DNA from: Alphaproteobacteria bacterium UBA2964
GTDB lineage: Bacteria; Pseudomonadota; Alphaproteobacteria; MPNO01; UBA2964
Direction of reading: 5' to 3'
Assembly: GCA_905182615.1 (NCBI GenBank)
Contig: CAJJCG010000016.1
Location: 114,250-178,249 of the forward strand
Length of the DNA stretch: 64,000 nt
This document shows, in pieces, positions 17,694-25,104 of the stretch. The notes beneath the pieces are model-generated. The model had not been told where the DNA came from. It made no database searches and was given only the letters and a program-made list of their open reading frames with translations. Each line of letters opens with the position of its first letter. Position 1 is the first letter of the stretch. The position numbers and the translations under genes were made by a program.

Positions 17694-18314
17694 ATGGTCG
17701 GAGATTACCCGGAACTGGAAGCTGCTCTTAAACGGGTGGGTGCGGATCAATCTGTGGGGCTGTACATTTCGATTATCGATTTGCAAGCCGAACGGGCCGA
17801 TATCGAAGATCACAAGCCACGAACGGACAACGACCCTTACGGTCCCATCCTCGGCGCGCTGAACGCATTCCTGCGCAGCCTCCGCCGAAGCACGCCCTCA
17901 CCCGGGAAGATAGCCAAGAAGCTCTCTAGCCTGCCCGAGCCGGTATTCCCGTTCATCAGACTTGAACTGGCTCGCCGTCTTGACCAAGAAATAGATCTCG
18001 AGAACGAAGACTGGTCGAAGCCCGAACTACGTGACGCATTAGAAGTGTCGGTAAGCCACGTTCGTCTCTGGTTCCGCAAGCACCCCGGCCCTGCGGAAGC
18101 TGTCGGCCTTGCCGGGTTCAGCCGCTCCGTCGCCCTGCTCTATAGGCAAATTGCGGGCAAGCCTCCCGGTCTTGGCAATCAGCTAGGCCGCAAAGGCTAC
18201 ATGACACCATTCGAGGAACTATGGCTTGCCAGCCTGCGGCTATTGAGCACCGATGCAACGCTTGACCAGGCCCGCGAGATATACCGGAAGTCCCCTCTGC
18301 CAACGAAGACCTGA
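17694..18314 (+). CDS. Hypothetical protein of the recombinase unit (possible HTH around ELRDALEVSVSHVRLWFRKH)
   Basis: This is a 206-codon ORF with an ATG start and coding-like composition. The only feature is a weak HTH-like segment. Confidence 0.5.
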   Translation: MVGDYPELEAALKRVGADQSVGLYISIIDLQAERADIEDHKPRTDNDPYGPILGALNAFLRSLRRSTPSPGKIAKKLSSLPEPVFPFIRLELARRLDQEIDLENEDWSKPELRDALEVSVSHVRLWFRKHPGPAEAVGLAGFSRSVALLYRQIAGKPPGLGNQLGRKGYMTPFEELWLASLRLLSTDATLDQAREIYRKSPLPTKT

Positions 18315-18552
18315 TACAGAGATACCTGACCTCACAATTGGTCGAGTAATTCCACAGCTTTTTATTGTTCGAGGCGCCACCATCTCGGATGTATGAGCAA
18401 TGTCCGCCTTCGGCTAACCAACAAATCCCGCGACCGGAGTCCGAGCACTCAACCCTGTTCGGTGTTGAGCGAATTCGCACGCCTTCTCGCGCGCCAGGCA
18501 GCCCGAGAAGCGTTCGCCCCACAGCAACCATCCAGCGATCACACTACACGAA

Positions 18553-18774
18553 TTGAGCCAGGTGGCCGCGATGCCTGAAATAAACCCCGACTTGCAAACC
18601 CGCTTACTGACACCAAGGGAGGCCGCCGGCTTTTTAAGCATCTCGACGCGAACACTGAGCCGCATCGTCCAACATGGTGACTTGCCAATTATACGCGTCG
18701 GCGGCTCGAACCGCTTCACCATGACCGATCTGACGGACTACATCGCTCGTAACCGGGTGCTTGGCCATGATTGA
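18553..18774 (+). CDS. Excisionase-family / AlpA-like HTH DNA-binding protein
   Basis: LLTPREAAGFLSISTRTLSRIVQHGDLPIIRVGGSNRFTMTDLTDYI is the typical excisionase-type (HTH_17) pattern. The real start may be the ATG at 18571. Confidence 0.7.
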   Translation: MSQVAAMPEINPDLQTRLLTPREAAGFLSISTRTLSRIVQHGDLPIIRVGGSNRFTMTDLTDYIARNRVLGHD

Positions 18775-18952
18775 AGCGGCTTGTCTTGTTATGGCGCAAT
18801 TTAGCATATGCAAACCAAGTATTAGTGAAAATATAATGCAAGTAATCAAAACGATTACCGGTCCTTTATTTTCACGATTACTTATAAGATTCTCCTTTTG
18901 TCTTCATTTGTCATAATTTGTCTATTATAATACTTCACGAAAGGATTACGCC

Positions 18953-20689
18953 ATGAGCTCAAGCAATGGTTTCGCCGATCCATCAATCCCCACGTTCGAG
19001 CAGGTACGAGACCAAATCGCATCTGATTATTCAATCGTCCACCAGGATCGTATGGACATGGTCTCTGCAATTAATCGGTTGGAGAACTGGTTCGGCCAGC
19101 CACTCTCTATGATCCCGGCGAGCGCCAAATTCCTGCGCCAGAAATTTAAAGCCTTTCATCATGACCAGGTCGGCGTAACTCGCAGGCGTGTACAGAACGT
19201 CAGATCATTGGTGCTTCGGGCCATGCGCACGGTTGGTCTTACGACCAAGCTCGCGCCATACCAATTTCCCATGACCAAAGAATGGAAAGCACTGTTTGAT
19301 GCTTTGCCAGATCGTTATGCGAAGACCTCCCTTTCCCGGATCATGCGCTATTGCTCAAAGCAAGGCATTCTGCCCGATGAGGTAAATGATGCCGTTGCAG
19401 CAGACTTTCTCTCTGCACTTGAGACAGAAAGTCTCGTGAAACACTGCAAGCGAGACCACCAGACTGTCTGTAGGGTCTGGAACAGGATGGCGGACACAAT
19501 GGAAGGTTGGCCCCAATCCAGGCTTGCCGTTCCCCGTTATGACCTGGGCCGTATTTACGCCATCGATGACGACTTGATCCATCCTGCACTTCATAGCGAG
19601 ATAGCAGGATATTTGAAATTTCTGGAGGGCAAGGAGCTGTTTGGCGGGCTCGCAAAGCCATTCCGCCCCATTAGCATCGATGCCGCCAGAGGCAACATTC
19701 GCCGCTATCTTTCAGCCCTGCATCTGGGTGGCTTCGACGTCATGTCCCTCCACAGCCTTCAAACCATGGTCGCATTTGACGTTTTCAAGCTCGCCATGGA
19801 ATGGTTCTGGCAGCGCAACGGACAAAAAACTTCCAAGCATATTGGTGAGGTGGCCTGGACGGTCCGCTGTATCGCCGTAAAACATCTTGAATGCGATGAC
19901 GCGACGAACGAACGCTACCGCAACGCGATAGGAAACCTGCGGGTTCAACACACCGGTCTCAGTACAAAGAACACCTCGGCCCTAAAACAATTCGATGACC
20001 CAAAGGTTGTCCATCGGTTGTTGAATTACCCTGACGACTTGTTCGGGACCGCTGAGAAGGCCAGCGGTCAGAAATCTTGCCTGCTGGCTCAGGCAGCCGT
20101 CGCCACTCTGATCCTTATCTTTGCACCCATGCGGATTAAGAATCTTGGTAGTCTCCGCATTGACGAGGACCTCAACTGGATTGATGGCCGACTTCACCTC
20201 CACATTCCTGCCGAGCAGGTAAAAAATAACGAGGAACTGAACTTCCTCCTGCCCCGTGGGCCGTCGGACAGGGTTCGGGAATATATCGACCGCTATCGCT
20301 CCATGTCCCTGCCACAAGCAAACCCTCATCTGTTCCCAGGCCGAAATGGGAAAGCCAAGGACATCACCGCCCTTCGGCGACTGATCTCCAATAGCCTGTT
20401 TAAACATACGGGCATCTGTCTCACGCCCCATCAGTTCCGCCATCTTGCAGCCAAGTTGTTGCTTGAAGCACGACCGGGTCATTACGAAGTCGTTCGCAAG
20501 CTCCTCGGTCATAAAAATCTGAGCACGGCATATAACCACTATACCGGCACCGAGACCCAGGCCGCGATTGATCTCTACGACAGCGTAATCCTGGATCGTA
20601 AGCGCGGCCTGTCGGGCAAACTCGAGGTGGACGACAATATGCCCTTCCTTGACCCCTTTAATCCTTTTCTAAAGGGGAATAAGCGATGA
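18953..20689 (+). CDS. Tyrosine recombinase (long, 578 aa)
   Basis: The catalytic pattern is present: R in APMRIKNLGSL, HQFRHLAAK, LLGHKNLSTAYNHYTG (R..HxxR..H..Y). Confidence 0.9.
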   Translation: MSSSNGFADPSIPTFEQVRDQIASDYSIVHQDRMDMVSAINRLENWFGQPLSMIPASAKFLRQKFKAFHHDQVGVTRRRVQNVRSLVLRAMRTVGLTTKLAPYQFPMTKEWKALFDALPDRYAKTSLSRIMRYCSKQGILPDEVNDAVAADFLSALETESLVKHCKRDHQTVCRVWNRMADTMEGWPQSRLAVPRYDLGRIYAIDDDLIHPALHSEIAGYLKFLEGKELFGGLAKPFRPISIDAARGNIRRYLSALHLGGFDVMSLHSLQTMVAFDVFKLAMEWFWQRNGQKTSKHIGEVAWTVRCIAVKHLECDDATNERYRNAIGNLRVQHTGLSTKNTSALKQFDDPKVVHRLLNYPDDLFGTAEKASGQKSCLLAQAAVATLILIFAPMRIKNLGSLRIDEDLNWIDGRLHLHIPAEQVKNNEELNFLLPRGPSDRVREYIDRYRSMSLPQANPHLFPGRNGKAKDITALRRLISNSLFKHTGICLTPHQFRHLAAKLLLEARPGHYEVVRKLLGHKNLSTAYNHYTGTETQAAIDLYDSVILDRKRGLSGKLEVDDNMPFLDPFNPFLKGNKR

Positions 20690-21741
20690 AACGGGTCCGC
20701 ACCTCATTGCTCCTTACGGAATGGCCTGCAAAAGACCAGGCCCTCTGGCAGGCTGCAAACAGCACTGGTGGGTTCCTTGCGCCCAACGGTAAGGCCGCGC
20801 ATTGGAAGAACAAAACCCGCAAGGGTGTTGTTAAACGATATAGCCTGTGGCTCGGATATCTTTCTTCGACGGATCAACTTGATCCGGATAAATCCCCCTG
20901 CGAGCGCATCACCGAGGAGACCCTCGCCGGTTACGTTCACTGGTTGGAAGCCCGGGGGAACGCCTCCACAACGGTCTCATCCTGTGTTCGTGACATTTAC
21001 GAGGCCCTTCGCGTCATGGACCCCGATGCCAATCATAGTGTGATTAAGAAACTAATGATCACCCTGCATGCCCGTGAAACGCCTGTCCGCGCCAAGCATA
21101 CCCGGATCCTGCATCCCGATGATCTTCTCTCAGGTGCCCTGGCGTTTCTCGACGATATTCTCAATCGTGAATTCTACAATGAAGCTTCACGTGCAGGTAA
21201 GTACCGCGATGGCCTGATCGTTGCCTTTCTTGCCTGTCGCCCTATCCGCCTTGGGAACTTGAGTGCAATCACCCTTGGGCAGCACCTGATACAGGATGGA
21301 GAGCGATGGATCTGTCAGTTTGAAGCGTCCGAGATGAAAGATCATTGCTCCATCTCCTTCTCATTTCCCGACCGGCTTATCCCTTATCTTCAGATCTACC
21401 TCGGCCGTTACAGACCCTTGCTTCTAAAGGGCAACGGGTTTGCGAACCTGTGGATATCAGCGCGCGGCACGCCCATGAAGGAGCAATCGGTATACTGCAA
21501 TACCTGCAGCATGACCGAAAAACTCTTTGGCAGAGAGCTTAACCCTCATCTGTTTCGTGATTGTGCAGCATCCGCTTTGGCCACTGATGACCCCGAGCAT
21601 ATTCTCGCCATCGCCCGCATTCTTGGCCACGCCTCAATTAACACCACCCAGCGTCATTACAACCAGTCCCAGATGATAGCCGCCACTGTCATCTACCATC
21701 AGGTCATGAAAGACCTGATGAAGGAGGAGTACAGTTTATGA
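20686..21741 (+). CDS. Tyrosine recombinase (351 aa)
   Basis: The catalytic pattern is present: RPIRLGNLSAI, HLFRDCAAS, ILGHASINTTQRHYNQ. The start ATG overlaps the upstream TGA (ATGA at 20686-20689). Confidence 0.9.
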   Translation: MKRVRTSLLLTEWPAKDQALWQAANSTGGFLAPNGKAAHWKNKTRKGVVKRYSLWLGYLSSTDQLDPDKSPCERITEETLAGYVHWLEARGNASTTVSSCVRDIYEALRVMDPDANHSVIKKLMITLHARETPVRAKHTRILHPDDLLSGALAFLDDILNREFYNEASRAGKYRDGLIVAFLACRPIRLGNLSAITLGQHLIQDGERWICQFEASEMKDHCSISFSFPDRLIPYLQIYLGRYRPLLLKGNGFANLWISARGTPMKEQSVYCNTCSMTEKLFGRELNPHLFRDCAASALATDDPEHILAIARILGHASINTTQRHYNQSQMIAATVIYHQVMKDLMKEEYSL

Positions 21742-23399
21742 GAGCCGTCATTTACGCCCGATACTCGACAGATCTGCAGTCCGCAACATCCGTCGACGAC
21801 CAGGTCCGGGAATGCCGGAAACGAGCCGAGGCGGACGGGCATGCAGTCGTCAACGTCTTCAGCGACCATGCGATCAGTGGCAGCACGCTCGGCAACAGGC
21901 CAGGCATGCTGTCTCTGATGGAAGCTGCCAAAGATGGCGGGGTCAATCTCGTATATGCTGAGGCACTAGACCGCCTCAGCCGCGATCAGGAAGACATCGC
22001 TGGCATCTACAAGCGTTTAAACCATGCTGGCGTCAGCATTAACACGCTTTCCGAAGGCCTGATCAACGAACTGCATATCGGCCTCAAGGGCACCATGAAT
22101 GCGCTATTCCTCAAGGACCTGGCCCTTAAGACCAAACGTGGCCTCGAAGGCCGGGTCCGTAAAGGAAAATCAGCAGGGGGGAATGCCTATGGCTATGACG
22201 TGGTCAAAAAAGTCGACGTTAATGGCGAGCCTGTTCGCGGAGACAGGAATGTTAACGCGCCGGAAGCCATTGTCGTTCACCGGGTCTTTGAGGCATTCGC
22301 GTCAGGAACCTCACCACGTTCCATTGCACACACCTTGAATGATGAGAATATCTCAGGACCTCGTGCTGGTGTGTGGGGTCCGTCCACCATCCATGGTAAC
22401 TGGCGACGCGGCACAGGTATTTTGAACAACGAACTGTATATCGGACGATTGATCTGGAACCGCCAGAGGTTCATCAAAGATCCGCAAACCGGCAAACGTC
22501 AGGCGCGGCTGAATCCTGAGAGCGAGTGGATCATCGAAGATGTTCCAGCTCTGCGCATTATCGACGATGAACTGTGGCTACGCGTCAAAGCCCGCCAAAA
22601 GAGGTCCCGCCATCCGGTCGCCGAGGAACATCACGGCATTCGTCCTGAGCGCGCCCGGCGACCTAAGTATCTATTATCAGGTCTTGTTCAATGTGGTGTC
22701 TGCGGTGGGGGATATTCAAAGATCAGCCAGCAACATTACGGCTGCTCGACGGCCCGCAATAAGGGCACCTGCGACAACATGCTGACAATCCGTCGGGATA
22801 TAGTGGAAGAGACAGTGTTGTCTGGCCTCAAAGACCGAATGATGCAGCCCGACGCCTACAAAGAATTCGTATCCGAGTTCAATCGCGAGCTGAACCGACT
22901 TGGCGCATCCGAAGACCAGGAACGCACCCGCCTCGCTGCAGACCTTAGCCACATCGACCGAAATCTTACTCGCCTGATCGACGCTATAAAGTCTGGTGTT
23001 CCGGGCTCCACCGTCAAAGACGAAATCTCGACACTTGAACTCCGCAAAACAGAGCTGAAGAACAAGCTGGAAGTCGTCCCTGCACCGCAACCGCGCCTGC
23101 ACCCACGTCTGGCCGATGTGTACCGCGACAAAGTCGCTAACCTGGTTGAAGCGCTAAACGCCCAAGATACGGTAGCCGACGCCGCCGAAGCAATCCGCGG
23201 TCTGATCGATGCTGTCCGTCTCGTGCCGGAGGAGGGTGAGCTTAAGATAGAGATATATGGCGAACTCGCGGCCCTTATAACACTTGGCCAAGAGCACAAA
23301 AGAAAACACCCCAGAGGGGATACCTCTGGGGTGCAAATAACGTTGGTTGCGGGGGCTCGCAACCGCCGTTACTTGCACCTTGATTATGCAAGGATTTAA
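21738..23399 (+). CDS. Large serine recombinase
   Basis: The resolvase N-terminus is MRAVIYARYSTDLQS...LDRLSRD. The recombinase domain reads YGYDV...WNRQRF, the Zn ribbon reads CGVCGG...GCS...C, and a coiled-coil tail follows. The start overlaps the upstream TGA (ATGA at 21738-21741). Confidence 0.9.
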   Translation: MRAVIYARYSTDLQSATSVDDQVRECRKRAEADGHAVVNVFSDHAISGSTLGNRPGMLSLMEAAKDGGVNLVYAEALDRLSRDQEDIAGIYKRLNHAGVSINTLSEGLINELHIGLKGTMNALFLKDLALKTKRGLEGRVRKGKSAGGNAYGYDVVKKVDVNGEPVRGDRNVNAPEAIVVHRVFEAFASGTSPRSIAHTLNDENISGPRAGVWGPSTIHGNWRRGTGILNNELYIGRLIWNRQRFIKDPQTGKRQARLNPESEWIIEDVPALRIIDDELWLRVKARQKRSRHPVAEEHHGIRPERARRPKYLLSGLVQCGVCGGGYSKISQQHYGCSTARNKGTCDNMLTIRRDIVEETVLSGLKDRMMQPDAYKEFVSEFNRELNRLGASEDQERTRLAADLSHIDRNLTRLIDAIKSGVPGSTVKDEISTLELRKTELKNKLEVVPAPQPRLHPRLADVYRDKVANLVEALNAQDTVADAAEAIRGLIDAVRLVPEEGELKIEIYGELAALITLGQEHKRKHPRGDTSGVQITLVAGARNRRYLHLDYARI

Positions 23400-23424
23400 A
23401 AGTTCCGCCGTTCGTACCAATACC

Positions 23425-23684
23425 TCATCTTCCGCATATCTCGCGACATCGCATCGGACCGAACCGGTTCCACCAGAACCGGACCGTCTCGTGGCAAATG
23501 TCGATGCCGCGCTCGAACAGCAGATCCTCGACCTCGCGGAGCGACAGTGGGTAGCGCACATACATCATCACCGTCAGGCGAATGATCTCGGGCGACGAGT
23601 TGAAATAGCGGAACGGATTTTTCATCCGCCGAAGCTAAGAGGCGGACCGGATCCACTCAAGCTATTTTGCTCTGACAATGCCCC
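23425..23684 (-). pseudogene. Truncated IS6-family insertion sequence (transposase N-terminus plus one terminal inverted repeat)
   Basis: MKNPFRYFNSSPEIIRLTVMMYVRYPLSLREVEDLLFERGIDICHETVRFWWNRFGPM is an IS6-type transposase N-terminus that ends after about 60 codons. The candidate IR is GGGGCATTGTCAGAGCAAAAT (reverse complement of 23664-23684), similar to the IS26-type GGCACTGTTGCAAA. Confidence 0.7.
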
Positions 23685-23915
23685 ATCAAGGTCTTGCTTG
23701 ATCCCTATGATGAAAGTGGATCCACCCGGCATGTAAAATCTAGACTGCCAATATACCGGCAATCAGCGTTGACGATAAGGGCATGGTCCATTTTCAGGCT
23801 TTGTCAGTCAGGGATTGTTTGACTCTTCGCCGCAAAGCAGCATAACAAAAGTGGGTATAATTTAAAACAATACCAATCGACGATATTTTGGATGGAACGG
23901 AATAGGAATTCTCAA

Positions 23916-25007
23916 ATGATAAGAACATCAATCTTAACCCTGGCTGCCGCCGGGTTTGTTGCCACCACATTTGGTGCACCATCTCCCGTCGTCGCACAAA
24001 AGGTCGACTTCGCCGGCAAGCGTATCGAATGGATTATCCCTTACGGCACCGGCGGCGGCTCAAACCGTTGGGCACGTTTCTATGTGCCATGGCTGCAAAA
24101 GGCATTGCCAGGCAACCCAATCGTCGCCGTCAAGAACATGCCAGGCGCCAGCTCGACCAAGGGCACCAACTATTTCGCCCGCCGCGGCACCAAGGACGGT
24201 CTTTCCATTCTCGGAACATCTGGCTCAACCCAGTTTCCGTTCCTGCTTGGTGACCGCCGGGTCAAATACGACTACGCGGACTGGGAAGTCATTTTGGCCA
24301 CCCCGGTTGGCGGCGTCGTCTATATAAACAAAAGTCTCGGTGTGAAATCAGCATCCGACATGAAGAAGCTACAGAAAGCCAAGCTGAAGTTTGGGTCACA
24401 AGGTCCGACGTCGCTCGATCTCGTACCGCTTTTGGCCTTCGACATTCTTGGCCTGAACGTAAAGCCCGTTTTCGGCATGAAGGGCCGTGGTCCGTCGCGT
24501 CTCGCTTTTGAACGTGGTGAAGTCCGGATCGACTATCAAACCACACCAGCCTTTCTGAAACGCGTCACGCCGTTGGTCAAAAAAGGCATTGCTATACCGA
24601 TCATGACCTGGGGCACGCTGAATGAAAATGGCAAGCTGGTCCGGGATCCAACTTTCCCGAACCTCCCGCATGTTGGAGAAGTCTATAAGATGATGCACGG
24701 CAAGGCTCCAAAGGGTCCAGCATGGACCGCTTGGAAAGCCTTCATGGCTGCTGGCTTCCCGGCACAGAAAATGATCTTCGTCAAAAAGGGAACGCCGAAG
24801 AACATCGTTGCTGCATGGCGTGCTGCCGCTGCAAAAGCCATCGCGATGCCTGGCTTTGAAGCCGCCAAGAACAAGAAGCTTGGCAAGTACGAACAGGCCA
24901 CCGGGAAAAAAGCCCAGGCGCTCTATAAGGTAGCAACCAACGTACCGCCCGCTGCCAAAAAGTGGGTCCTTAATTGGTTGAAGACCCGTTACAACAAGGT
25001 ACCGTAA
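23916..25007 (+). CDS. tctC: Tripartite tricarboxylate transporter substrate-binding protein (TctC/Bug family)
   Basis: It has a signal peptide (MIRTSILTLAAAGFVATTFGAPSPVVAQ) and the IIPYGTGGGSNRWARF / NMPGASSTKG pattern. It lies directly upstream of tctA. The ATG at 23916 is preferred over 23892. Confidence 0.7.
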   Translation: MIRTSILTLAAAGFVATTFGAPSPVVAQKVDFAGKRIEWIIPYGTGGGSNRWARFYVPWLQKALPGNPIVAVKNMPGASSTKGTNYFARRGTKDGLSILGTSGSTQFPFLLGDRRVKYDYADWEVILATPVGGVVYINKSLGVKSASDMKKLQKAKLKFGSQGPTSLDLVPLLAFDILGLNVKPVFGMKGRGPSRLAFERGEVRIDYQTTPAFLKRVTPLVKKGIAIPIMTWGTLNENGKLVRDPTFPNLPHVGEVYKMMHGKAPKGPAWTAWKAFMAAGFPAQKMIFVKKGTPKNIVAAWRAAAAKAIAMPGFEAAKNKKLGKYEQATGKKAQALYKVATNVPPAAKKWVLNWLKTRYNKVP

Positions 25008-25030
25008 CGCGTTAGACTATTAACGAACGA

Positions 25031-25065
25031 AGGGCGGAGAGACTTACCTATCTCCGCCCTTTTTC
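25031..25065 (+). terminator. Rho-independent terminator/attenuator between tctC and tctA
   Basis: A perfect 10-bp stem AGGGCGGAGA / TCTCCGCCCT with a 10-nt loop is followed by TTTTT. Confidence 0.7.
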
Positions 25066-25104
25066 GTAAGCTTTCGTTATTTCGGGAAATCCGGGGACAC
25101 CGTA

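Larger units (their letters stand above)
17390..23684 (+). mobile_element. Putative integrative/transposable unit with a Y-Y-S recombinase operon; right end truncated by an IS6 relic, boundaries unresolved
   Basis: It comprises an unknown gene, an excisionase-type HTH gene and three recombinase genes with ATGA overlaps, then an IS6 fragment. I could find no flanking direct or inverted repeats by eye, so the limits are approximate. Confidence 0.55.

Noticed and set aside
23345-23364. Possible tRNA T-arm or attachment-site remnant at the end of the serine recombinase gene
   Set aside because: The 7-bp stem with a 6-nt loop does not fit the 5-bp stem / 7-nt TTCGAAT-type T-loop. No acceptor or anticodon arms could be built, and it lies inside an open reading frame.
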